Positions 30,382 through 38,751 are shown, counted from the first letter of the stretch. The stretch is DNA of 64,000 nucleotides from Verrucomicrobiota bacterium (GCA_039796295.1 JBDKJY010000002.1:49931-113930); one strand, 5' to 3'. Notes: generated by a model from the letters alone, not told the origin. Program-made: numbers and translations.

Positions 30382-31383
30382 TCAGTTTGGGAAAATCGCG
30401 GCGCGCTGGCCGTTTAGGCGTGCCGCCAGCCAAGCTTCGTAATCGGCGGGGAGTTCCTTCACGGCGGCGGTGATGGCCTCGCCGTGCGTCTTGCCACTGG
30501 CCGCAAGCGCCCGGCACTTGGCGATGAACTGCGCGGAGCTTGGCGCGGTGAGTTGTGCGCCGGGCGAGGCGGAGGACAGGCGGCGAACCACTTCGTTGAC
30601 CGTCTCACCGACAACGTCCACCAGTCCCAGTGCCTTCGCGCGACTGGCGAAAAACGTCTCGCCAGTCAGTGCGCCCTTCGCGATGCCACCGCGACTAGAC
30701 AGAACCGACGTGCGAAAATCCGTGGCGAGTTCGTCCACCTTGCCTTGCAGGCTCGCGCGGCCCTCGTCGGTGAGCTGCTGGAAGGGGTGAGCGGACGCCT
30801 TGCCCGTAGGCGAGGAAATCACAGTCGCAGTAATGCCTCGCATCGCGAGTGCATTGGAAACGCTCAGGTGCGAAATGACCGCGCCGACGCTTCCAACATT
30901 GGAACTTTTCGAGGCGGAGATGCGATTCGTCTTAGCGGCAAGCCAATAGGCGGCGCTGCAACAATTTCCGTCCACGATGGTTTGCACCGGGAGCTTCGTA
31001 GTTGTCGCCACGATGCTGTCCACGCATTCGAGCAGGCCGGAAACCTCGCCACCGGGCGAATCCACCAACAGCGCAACACCTCTCAGGCCCGGCGAGGTTC
31101 GCGCGGTTTCCAACGCGGCGGAGATGCCCGTGTAAGAGCAGAAGCCAAGGCTCAACTCAACGGTCGTTGCATTTTTCAAAAGCGGACCTTGAATGGGAAT
31201 GGTCATCACTCCGCCTTGAATTAACACCTGCGGGCGGTCGCTTCCGTCTGCCATTTTTCCGGCCACGGTGCCGGGGGTGGCGGCGAGGCTCACACGAGCC
31301 GCCCAAGCCAAAAGTGCGTTGCTTTCGGCAAGCCAGATTGGCGCTCGCGCGAAGATATAGTCGGCGGTTTGTGTGTTCATCAC
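30382..31383 (-). CDS. S49 family peptidase (phage prohead protease/SppA-like) with scaffold-like C-terminal tail
   Basis: VDSPGG, CCSAAYWLA (catalytic Ser), GSVG, GKAS (candidate Lys), TGETFFASRAKALGLVD. Confidence 0.88.
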   Translation of the reverse strand: MMNTQTADYIFARAPIWLAESNALLAWAARVSLAATPGTVAGKMADGSDRPQVLIQGGVMTIPIQGPLLKNATTVELSLGFCSYTGISAALETARTSPGLRGVALLVDSPGGEVSGLLECVDSIVATTTKLPVQTIVDGNCCSAAYWLAAKTNRISASKSSNVGSVGAVISHLSVSNALAMRGITATVISSPTGKASAHPFQQLTDEGRASLQGKVDELATDFRTSVLSSRGGIAKGALTGETFFASRAKALGLVDVVGETVNEVVRRLSSASPGAQLTAPSSAQFIAKCRALAASGKTHGEAITAAVKELPADYEAWLAARLNGQRAAIFPN

Positions 31384-31643
31384 AGTTGAGGGGAGTTGAG
31401 TTTTTCCAGTTCTGCTTTCAACAGCGGAAGGCGCTGCATCAGGAATAGCGGCTGGCCGTGCGTGTCGAGTGCGTCGGGCGTCAGCGCCCCGTCGGCGAAG
31501 GCGCGATATACTCTTGCCATCGGCGCGGAGGCGATGCGGGCGAGTTCCGCGCGAGAGAGGAACACGTCGAGACTACGGGGCGGCGGGGCGAGGTCCGCGC
31601 AGGCGTCACGCGCGGGGGCGGCAGTCACTTGCGTTGAAGTCAT
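31380..31643 (-). CDS. Small winged-HTH-like DNA-binding protein
   Basis: 87 aa; LSRAELARIASAPMARVYRAFADGALTP resembles MerR/Xis/TerS-type HTH; stop overlaps the S49 start. Confidence 0.6.
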   Translation of the reverse strand: MTSTQVTAAPARDACADLAPPPRSLDVFLSRAELARIASAPMARVYRAFADGALTPDALDTHGQPLFLMQRLPLLKAELEKLNSPQL

Positions 31644-31648
31644 GCTGC

Positions 31649-31677
31649 AAAGTAGGAGAGCTAATCGCACAAGTAAA
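31649..31677 (-). promoter_or_regulatory. Putative promoter of the satellite second (late) operon
   Basis: Minus strand TTTACT-17 nt-TACTTT, 5 nt before ATG 31643. Confidence 0.45.
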
Positions 31678-32063
31678 GGATTTAATGGAATGAGTTTTCC
31701 GAAACTGGTTATTCCCCCGCCCCCAGCGCCTTCATTGCCCGGCTGGCCGAATCCAAGACGCTCACCAGCTCCGCGTTGACCCGCTCCTCAACTGCAACCG
31801 GTTTTTTGGTCACTTGTGAAACGGAAACCCGAGTTTCGCTGAATTCATAGAAAGAGGGCGGTGGTCGAACCGCGTGAGGCTAAGGGTTTTCCAAGGAAAC
31901 TGTTTGACGGCATAGGCGGGGTAGGCACCACGACGGCCCGCCCCGCGCCCACGTTGACCGCTGTTGCGTCAGGACAGGCGAGGGAAGGTTTGCCACGGGG
32001 CACGCGGCCTGCCCTGCCTTGGCGGCTTGTGGGCGAGTGGAAGCCAGTAATGCGCGGTGGCGT

Positions 32064-32152
32064 ATGCGGACGCATAACAGCTTTTTCCCATAACTTTCCT
32101 CTAGCAGCTTCCGTGAGGGAAGTCTTGGGAAATTCCTGTTATACGTCCGCAT
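32064..32152. repeat. Large imperfect inverted repeat at the primase 3' end, candidate replication origin
   Basis: atgcggacgcataacag / ctgttatacgtccgcat (16 of 17) plus inner imperfect arms. Confidence 0.6.
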
Positions 32153-34398
32153 CCTAGTCTTGGGTTGCGATGCTTTCCGCCGCGTAGCCGGTAGCCAACC
32201 CAGCAATGCTGCCGCTCATGGCCTGACTTGGTTTCCTGCCAGCCTCGGCCTGCCAACTGGAAACCCAAACCACGCTTGCTGGCCTGATGGTCAATGCCTG
32301 CCCGCGTTGCCCATTCACGATAAGCCGCGTATGCCGCCGCCTTGGTGACGGTGGCCCCTTCCTCTTGGATGAAGTGCTCCGCGATGAATTCTGCCAGCTT
32401 GTCGGACTGTAGCCTGTAGGCTTCGGTTGCTACGGTGCAGCATTCGGGCGGCTGCAAACCGTGTTGCATCCATTCCCGCGCTCCCGTCACGGCCCAGTTT
32501 AGAATCCCCGACATTTCAGCGGCGAGCTTGTCCTTGAGTTGACCGTCGCGCCGTTCCTTGGGGATTTGCACCGGCCAGTCCACAAGGAGAAATCTCCGCC
32601 AGATTCCGTCATCGGTGCCGTCAATGCGCGGCTTGTGGTTGCCCACCAGCGCAACCTTGTAGGTCGGGAAATACTCGATGAAGTTCGCATAGTGAAAGCG
32701 CCCCTTCTGGCGGTCGCCGCCGGTCATGGATTTGAGCAAGTTTTCGTTGAGCTTCCCGCCTTCCGTGTTCTCCTCGCCCAGCGCAAAACGCTTCCCGCAC
32801 AGATTGGCGATCTCAAGGTGCGGGATGTGTCCCTTCGCGCTCTGATACACCAGCGCGTCCGTCAACTTCGCCCCGTAGCCGCCTGACAATTTCAGTTGAG
32901 CGTGTTCTAGGAAGGTGCCTTTGCCGTTGGCTCCCGTTCCGAAATGGAAGGGAAGGACGTGTTCACGAATCTCCCCCGTCAGCGAATAGCCCGCCAGCCG
33001 TTGAAGGAATCCTCGCATCTCTTCGCTCGGCTGAACCTCCGCGAGAAACCTGGCCCATGTCGGCGCGGTGGCGGTGGGGTCATAGTTGGCGCTCAGTCGC
33101 CGCGTGACAAGGTGCTCCGGCTTGTGCGGATGGAATGAGCCGTCGCGCAGGTCAATGACGCCGTTCCGTGCGCCAACAAGGAACAGGTCCGCGTCCAGCT
33201 CGGCAGCGCGCACGCTCACGGTCGGGTGACACTGGGCGAAGGCCAGAGCAGGCTCGACGCGCTTGCGATTCCCCAAAGAGACGACACTAGACACGAGTTT
33301 GATTCCCTCATTTGGCTCTTTGTCCTTAGCCTCCTCCACGGCCAAAAGATACAGCTCGCGTGCGTAGTCGGCAGCCTTTGCGCGAATCTCATTTGTCTCG
33401 TCTCGTCGCCAGCCATTCGCGGCGTCAAAGACGAGCCAGCAATTTTCATCGGCACAAAAGCGAATAGTGCCTGCGAACCGTTGCACCAGCTTGTCAGCGT
33501 AGCCAACGTCAGACCGAAAATGGTTTCCTGTGTCGGCAGTCGGATTCCCCGCCGGGGCGGACGCTGGCGCATGGCGCGGAGCGGGCTGCCACTCCGGCGC
33601 GGAATCCATAATCAGCGTCAAGTCTCTCGCCTCCCCGCCCGCCCCAAAGAAGTCGGCGGCGTCCTTCACCGTGCGCCCGTCAACGTCGGGACACTCGACA
33701 ACCTTCACGCTGGCCGCCGCGCCTTGCAGCTTGGCCGCAACGTGTGCCGCGTGTTCACGCCCCGGCTTGTCCCTGTCCGCGATGATGACGACGAACGCGC
33801 CTCGCAGGGCGGCGGTGTAGTTGTCGAGCCATTTGCTCGGCTGGCCGGGCTTCGGTTCTGAAACCGCTCCTCCCGAATTGCACGTCGCGATGAAACCGTG
33901 TTTGACGAGCGCGAGCGCGTCCTTCTCCCCCTCCGCCAAAACCACGCGCCAGCCTTGGGCGGCGGCTTCCGCAACTTCCGGCAGACGAAAGAGCACGCGG
34001 CGAACGCCTTCAAGTTTCCACGTCCATCCGTCGGGCTTGGCCGGGTCGGGCCGGCGCTGGCGGAAATCCTTCGGTTCAAACCGGACAACCTGAAAGAGCA
34101 GTTGCCCGGTTTCGTCGCGGTAGTCGTAGGCAGCCACGATTCTCCCGCTGCCGCGCGCGTGCCCGTTGCCGTTGCGTCCGCCTGTCGCGGGAAACAAGTC
34201 GGCCACCTTCAAGCCCCGCGCCTTCAACACGTCCTCCGTCTTGCAGCCGGCGAAACAGTTCACCAGCACCTTGCCGCCTTCGCCTTCCGCCAAGCTCAGG
34301 CTGGCCGCGCCGTCATCGTGAGCAGAGCAGCGAGCCATGAATCCAGCGCCGGACTTTTTGACGCCTTCAAAGTGGGAAGCAACTTCGTTCAGGTTCAA
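32101..34398 (-). CDS. Phage/plasmid primase-helicase, P4 family (Zn finger + Toprim + D5/SF3 helicase)
   Basis: CSAHDD...NCFAGC; AEGEKDA, ADRD; Walker A GTGANGKGT; KSMTGGD, GNHKP, GIWRR; TTG start after AGGAGG. Confidence 0.93.
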   Translation of the reverse strand: MNLNEVASHFEGVKKSGAGFMARCSAHDDGAASLSLAEGEGGKVLVNCFAGCKTEDVLKARGLKVADLFPATGGRNGNGHARGSGRIVAAYDYRDETGQLLFQVVRFEPKDFRQRRPDPAKPDGWTWKLEGVRRVLFRLPEVAEAAAQGWRVVLAEGEKDALALVKHGFIATCNSGGAVSEPKPGQPSKWLDNYTAALRGAFVVIIADRDKPGREHAAHVAAKLQGAAASVKVVECPDVDGRTVKDAADFFGAGGEARDLTLIMDSAPEWQPAPRHAPASAPAGNPTADTGNHFRSDVGYADKLVQRFAGTIRFCADENCWLVFDAANGWRRDETNEIRAKAADYARELYLLAVEEAKDKEPNEGIKLVSSVVSLGNRKRVEPALAFAQCHPTVSVRAAELDADLFLVGARNGVIDLRDGSFHPHKPEHLVTRRLSANYDPTATAPTWARFLAEVQPSEEMRGFLQRLAGYSLTGEIREHVLPFHFGTGANGKGTFLEHAQLKLSGGYGAKLTDALVYQSAKGHIPHLEIANLCGKRFALGEENTEGGKLNENLLKSMTGGDRQKGRFHYANFIEYFPTYKVALVGNHKPRIDGTDDGIWRRFLLVDWPVQIPKERRDGQLKDKLAAEMSGILNWAVTGAREWMQHGLQPPECCTVATEAYRLQSDKLAEFIAEHFIQEEGATVTKAAAYAAYREWATRAGIDHQASKRGLGFQLAGRGWQETKSGHERQHCWVGYRLRGGKHRNPRLGCGRITGISQDFPHGSC

Positions 34399-34550
34399 CG
34401 CGCGCCTCCTGCCGCGTGGCGGCGGCGCTTGCTCGGGAAGAAGTCGCGAAGGCGAAGGCCGGAGTCCGGTTCGTAGCCGCGCGCGAGGATGCGTTCAACA
34501 AGTCGGCGAGTTGAGCCGGAACACTTCGACCAACGGAGCGAAGATTTCAA
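34395..34550 (-). CDS. Small basic 51-aa ORF coupled between the HTH and primase genes
   Basis: MKSSLRWSKCSGSTRRLVERILARGYEPDSGLRLRDFFPSKRRRHAAGGAR; TTGA overlaps at both ends. Confidence 0.55.
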   Translation of the reverse strand: MKSSLRWSKCSGSTRRLVERILARGYEPDSGLRLRDFFPSKRRRHAAGGAR

Positions 34551-34792
34551 CGCGCACCTGCCTTCCCGGTCGTGCAGCGGCGGCGGTCAAGCCATGCGTC
34601 CACGTCAGCCTTCCGGTAGCGGACGGCCTTGCTGGAAATGCGGATGAAGGGAAGCCCGCGCGTGGTGCGCCACAGGCGGCAGGTGCGCGGCTCGACGTTC
34701 AGGTAAGCCGCCGTGTCGGATTCGAGCCAGAGAGCAGCGCTGGCATTTGCGGCCGGCGCGACGGCGGTTGGTGTCGGCAATGTTTGTTTCAT
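34547..34792 (-). CDS. AlpA/excisionase-like HTH protein
   Basis: TAAYLNVEPRTCRLWR...GLPFIRISSKAVRYRKADVDAWL; an alternative ATG exists at 34810. Confidence 0.88.
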   Translation of the reverse strand: MKQTLPTPTAVAPAANASAALWLESDTAAYLNVEPRTCRLWRTTRGLPFIRISSKAVRYRKADVDAWLDRRRCTTGKAGAR

Positions 34793-34850
34793 GGCGGGAG
34801 GTTCCGCCATGCGCCGCGCTTAAACCCGGACTGCGAAGGACCGCCGCCCG

Positions 34851-35423
34851 TTATTTGTTCCGAGTTTTCGGGCGGCCGCTATTGCCCTCCAAAAACGACA
34901 AGCCAACGACCTTTGCTTCCTTGCGCCAGTGCCGGTCGGAAAGTTTTCCGAAACTGGACGGGATTAGCACCTCGCTTTTCGTCTCGGGCCTGTCCGGGTC
35001 TGGTTTGACCTGTCGAAGCGTGAACTTTGGCAAGCCGGACTTCACGCGCCAGCGGTTCATCGTTTTGAGCATGAGCAAGTGAAGGTGGAATGGGTCCGCA
35101 TACTTCTCATTGAACCGCACGGACTGCCTGCGAACTTCTTTCGCAAGCCGCAGGAAGAAATCGGCGTCGTGTGCCTTGACCGCGTTCACACACTTGGCGG
35201 CGAGCTTGGTTTCCGAATCAGTGCCTCCGCTGGAAGTGAGAATCCGTCTGCTCAAAAGAGCCTGCTTGTTCAGGATGTAGAAGACTTCCTCAAATTCAGG
35301 GGAGAGATAATCGCAGGTGCCATGCTCCGCGAGTAGCGACTTGCGAAAGTCATCGGGGGCAATGCGAATTTTTCCGGCCAGTGTTTTGCGTTTTTTGGCG
35401 GGCTGTCGTTTGAGGGTCTTCAC
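34851..35423 (-). CDS. Satellite hypothetical basic protein
   Basis: GTG start overlaps the integrase stop (GTGA) after GGAGG; 190 aa beginning MKTLKRQPAKKRK. Confidence 0.7.
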   Translation of the reverse strand: MKTLKRQPAKKRKTLAGKIRIAPDDFRKSLLAEHGTCDYLSPEFEEVFYILNKQALLSRRILTSSGGTDSETKLAAKCVNAVKAHDADFFLRLAKEVRRQSVRFNEKYADPFHLHLLMLKTMNRWRVKSGLPKFTLRQVKPDPDRPETKSEVLIPSSFGKLSDRHWRKEAKVVGLSFLEGNSGRPKTRNK

Positions 35424-36667
35424 GCTGCCACCTCCGCCTTGCCGGCTGGCCTGACGGCAAACCACGCTTGCGCGTCGGACGGTTGAACCAATTCGCGGTA
35501 GTGCTTGAACACCACGGCAGGCGAGTTGCCCGCTTCCAGCGCGACTTGGGCGGCGTTTTGAATCGCGGCGAGCCGGTAGGAGATGAAGGAGTGGCGAAGC
35601 CCGTTGTCCTGCCACGCCACACCAGCGGCTTTGACACACGCGGCCCGGTCCTTTTGCAAGAGGCTCGCCGTGCCCTGCCATACCTTGCCCGGTTGCCCGG
35701 CGTAGGGCGCGAGCCATGCGGCCAAGTTCGCAGAGATGGGCACCAGTCGCCGGCTGGCCGTCTTCGCCATGTCCTCGCCGACGTGGATAAAGCCGCGCGC
35801 GAGGTCTAGGTCGCTCCATTCCAGCCGCTCGACTTCCGCCGTTCGCAGTCCGGCAAATGCGCCGATGGCGACAACCGGCAGGAAGCGCGGGGTGGCGGAT
35901 TGCAGCAGCTTGGCAATTTCGTCGGGGGCGAAAATTGCGATGCTGCCGCCGTTTGATTTCACCTTCACTTCCTCGGTGCCGAGCACCGGATTGCTCCCTT
36001 TGAGCAGGTAGCCACGCGCCTCGGCAAAGCTGAACAGCGTTCCCAGCACGGTGCGGAAGTTCTTTTTCGACTGCTTGCCGAGCTTCAAACCGTCGAGAAA
36101 CATTTGCACGTCGGCGGTCGTGACGGTGGAAATGTCCACGGTGAAACGCTCGGCAAAGCGCTTCAACCGCTGGCGCAAGTCGGTGAGGTAGTCCGCCGAG
36201 CAGCCGTCGGCGGCTTTGACGGCCAGCAAGTCGGCAATCACGTCGGCGACAAGGCGCTGCTCAACCTTGGCCGGGTTGAACTTGGCGAAGTGCCGGGCGG
36301 CTTCGAGCAGGTTGTCCCCGCCGAGCAGTTCAAAGCACTTGGCGAAGGTGGACGCGGCCAGTTCAAGAGAAGCGCCCGTTGGCCGCAGCAACTCGACGGC
36401 CCGGCCATAGCTGGCGGATTCGGCGTTGCTCAAACTGGCGGCAGACACGTCCCCGCTCGCAATCTTGCCGGCAATGCCCTTCGCGGCCTCGACGGCGGCG
36501 GGGCGGTCGCTGAAGCCACGAAAGCGCCGGACGCCTTCCGAATAGTCGGCCACCTCAAACACCGTGCGGAAGTTTCCGATTGTGGTCTGGCGACTCCGTT
36601 TGTAGATTCGGACCGTGACGTTGCCAACTTTAACAGTCTCCGGCTTTGAACGTGTCGCGCGTTTCAT
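35420..36667 (-). CDS. int: Tyrosine recombinase/integrase
   Basis: AGLRTAE (R), AKT (K), NGLRHSF, AGNSP, KHYR (Y); N-terminal arm-binding-like domain; adjacent to the att/tRNA. Confidence 0.95.
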   Translation of the reverse strand: MKRATRSKPETVKVGNVTVRIYKRSRQTTIGNFRTVFEVADYSEGVRRFRGFSDRPAAVEAAKGIAGKIASGDVSAASLSNAESASYGRAVELLRPTGASLELAASTFAKCFELLGGDNLLEAARHFAKFNPAKVEQRLVADVIADLLAVKAADGCSADYLTDLRQRLKRFAERFTVDISTVTTADVQMFLDGLKLGKQSKKNFRTVLGTLFSFAEARGYLLKGSNPVLGTEEVKVKSNGGSIAIFAPDEIAKLLQSATPRFLPVVAIGAFAGLRTAEVERLEWSDLDLARGFIHVGEDMAKTASRRLVPISANLAAWLAPYAGQPGKVWQGTASLLQKDRAACVKAAGVAWQDNGLRHSFISYRLAAIQNAAQVALEAGNSPAVVFKHYRELVQPSDAQAWFAVRPAGKAEVAA

Positions 36668-36703
36668 GTCGGCAACTGTCGGCAAAGTGTCGGCAACTGT
36701 CAA
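36667..36703 (-). promoter_or_regulatory. Arm-type repeats coinciding with the putative integrase promoter
   Basis: Three tgtcggcaa(c/a) copies; minus strand reads TTGACA-17-GACAGT-7-ATG. Confidence 0.6.
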
Positions 36704-36762
36704 CTACGGCCTTCTAGCACAAGGTCGGAACGGCTTGTAAAGCCAATGGTTTCAATGGTTTA

Positions 36763-36855
36763 GGAGAGATGGCCGAGTGGCTGAAGGCGCTGGTTTGCTA
36801 AACCGGTATACGGTCAAAAGCCGTATCGGGGGTTCGAATCCCCCTCTCTCCGCCA
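36763..36855 (+). tRNA. tRNA-Ser(GCT)
   Basis: Cloverleaf: acceptor ggagaga/tctctcc, anticodon loop ttgctaa, long variable arm, ggttcgaatc T-loop, encoded CCA. Confidence 0.97.
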
Positions 36856-37087
36856 CTTCCCAGTTTCCCCAACAGAATGAAAGGTTGTAGCGCATCCCGC
36901 TTGAGACGCAACGCGTCATACCGCATGCGGAGTGCCGGTCTTTTTGCCCTTCCGAGCACCACGCTTCATTGAGGTTCTTCATGCTTCATTGCTTGCTCCG
37001 TGCCGAGAGGGAACTGCGATTATCCCGAACTCCGGAATGGAAAAAGGGGCGCAATTTGGCAGAGGTTGACGGCATGGGGATTGATGG

Positions 37088-37390
37088 TTAGCCGGAACGA
37101 TGCAGTTGAAAGGAGACCACCGGTTGGGAACTGATTGGTGGTGGGTGAAAACACCGCAAACGTCGGGCACGCGCCCGGTTCACCAAAACGGCAGCCACGG
37201 GATTTGAGTTCAACAGCGGCGGCAAGACAATCGCCATTGAGTTCAGCGACCAACGCCTCTCGCCTCACGCGAGCAGCGCCACGTTCTGGGGCTGGCGGCG
37301 GCCCTTGGACTGGGTCACCCGGCTGGCCGCCGCATTGCCGCATCCCTTGCCCACTTCCAAACTCACCTCCTACTGCATCTTTCCGGCTTA
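37088..37390 (+). mobile_element. Internally deleted IS1380-like remnant (MITE-like)
   Basis: Terminal inverted repeats ttagccggaacgatgcagt / actgcatctttccggctta (17 of 19); frameshifted fragment IEFSDQRLSPHASSATFWGW...LPHPLPTS resembles an IS1380 transposase N-terminus. Confidence 0.6.
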
Positions 37391-37510
37391 GGATTACGAG
37401 CAGGTGCCACGGTTCGGCTGCCTCCCCCCTGCTCGTAAATCTGATCTTAATCCTGCTCCGCCCGCTTTCCCTTCCTGACAACGGCGGCTCAGCCCACTAC
37501 GCTCTCGCCC

Positions 37511-38341
37511 GTGTCCGCCGCCATTCAAACCCTCGGCCTCATCGCCGGCAATCGCACGCTGCCCTTCCTCCTCGCGCGCCAAGCGCGTGCGATGGGTGTC
37601 ACGCGCCTCGTCGCCGTCGGGTTCGAGGGCGAGACGGACCCCTCGCTCGCGGCGCTCGTGGACGACCTCGTCTGGCTGCGTGTGGGCCAGCTCGGCAAGA
37701 TGATTACCGCCTTCACTGAGCGCGGCGTGAAGCACTGCGTCATGGCCGGGCAAATCGCGCCCAAGAACCTCTTCGACCTCCGTCCTGACTTGCGGGCGGT
37801 CGCACTGCTCCTGCGACTCAAGGAGAAGAACGCCCACACCCTCTTCGGCGGCATCGCGGACGAGCTGAAGAAGGACGGCGTGGAACTCATCTCCGCCGTG
37901 CCGTGGTTGCAACCGCTTATGGCTGGCCCGGGCTTCGCACTCGGCAAGAAGTTGAGCGACGATGAGTCGGCGGACGTGCGCTTTGGCTTCCGCATCGCGA
38001 AGGAAGTTTCCCGTCTCGAAATCGGCCAGACCGCCGTAGTCAAGGGTGGGACCGTGCTCGCCGTCGAGGGCTTCGAGGGCACGGATAAGGCCCTCGCGCG
38101 CGGCGGCGAACTCGCCGGCAAGAGCGGCGGGGCCGTCGCCGTGAAGGTCGCGAAGGAGCAGCACGACCTGCGCTTCGACATCCCCTGCGTCGGCCCGCAG
38201 ACGCTCGAAGTCTGCGCCGCCAGCGGCGTCCGCGTGCTGGCCTTCGAGTCGGGCCGCACGCTGCTGCTGGAACAGGACGTGATGGCGAAGCTAGTGCGGC
38301 AGCACGGGCTTTCACTGGTCACGGTGGCGGCGGAGCAGTAA
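37511..38341 (+). CDS. lpxI: UDP-2,3-diacylglucosamine diphosphatase LpxI
   Basis: LGLIAGN, EIGQTAVV..G.VLAVEGFEGTD, VKVAK..HDLRFDIPCVG. Confidence 0.9.
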   Translation: MSAAIQTLGLIAGNRTLPFLLARQARAMGVTRLVAVGFEGETDPSLAALVDDLVWLRVGQLGKMITAFTERGVKHCVMAGQIAPKNLFDLRPDLRAVALLLRLKEKNAHTLFGGIADELKKDGVELISAVPWLQPLMAGPGFALGKKLSDDESADVRFGFRIAKEVSRLEIGQTAVVKGGTVLAVEGFEGTDKALARGGELAGKSGGAVAVKVAKEQHDLRFDIPCVGPQTLEVCAASGVRVLAFESGRTLLLEQDVMAKLVRQHGLSLVTVAAEQ

Positions 38342-38350
38342 TTCCTCCGC

Positions 38351-38734
38351 ATGCCGCACTTTCTCCCCGCGTTGGATGTCGCTGCTTTGTCGCCGGGCAA
38401 GGGCGAGACGGTTCTGCTCGCCGGCCGGCGTATCGCGGTCTTCAACGTCGGGGGCGAGTTCTATGCGTTGGACGATGGTTGTCCGCATCGGGATGGCCCG
38501 CTGGGCTCCGGCTGGGTGGACGCTGACGCGTGCCAAGTGACCTGCCCGCTGCACGGTTGGGCTTTCGACCTCCGCACCGGCGCGGGCGTCACCAAGCCGG
38601 CTCGGCCCGTGCGGAGCTATCCGGTGCGCGTGGTGGAGGGGAAGGTGTGGGTGAGCTTTCAGCAGTCAGCGGTCAGCGGCATTGCGGAGCCAGAGCAGCC
38701 AGTTCATCTTCCCCCGCCAACTGCTGAAAGCTGA
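38351..38734 (+). CDS. Rieske [2Fe-2S] ferredoxin (NirD-like)
   Basis: CPHRDGPL and CPLHGWAFDLRTG. Confidence 0.9.
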   Translation: MPHFLPALDVAALSPGKGETVLLAGRRIAVFNVGGEFYALDDGCPHRDGPLGSGWVDADACQVTCPLHGWAFDLRTGAGVTKPARPVRSYPVRVVEGKVWVSFQQSAVSGIAEPEQPVHLPPPTAES

Positions 38735-38751
38735 CTGCTGATAGCTACTCT

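Larger units (their letters stand above)
28545..36805 (-). mobile_element. Integrated phage-satellite-like element (PICI/P4-like), ~8.2 kb, in tRNA-Ser(GCT)
   Basis: 43-bp perfect direct repeats at both ends; integrase next to one repeat; HTH and P4-type primase-helicase; all ORFs on the minus strand; codon usage visibly less GC3-biased than the flanks. Confidence 0.92.

Noticed and set aside
36930-36995. gcttcattg twice, reminiscent of a CRISPR repeat end
   Set aside because: Only 9 nt, 19 nt apart, with no repeat-spacer structure.
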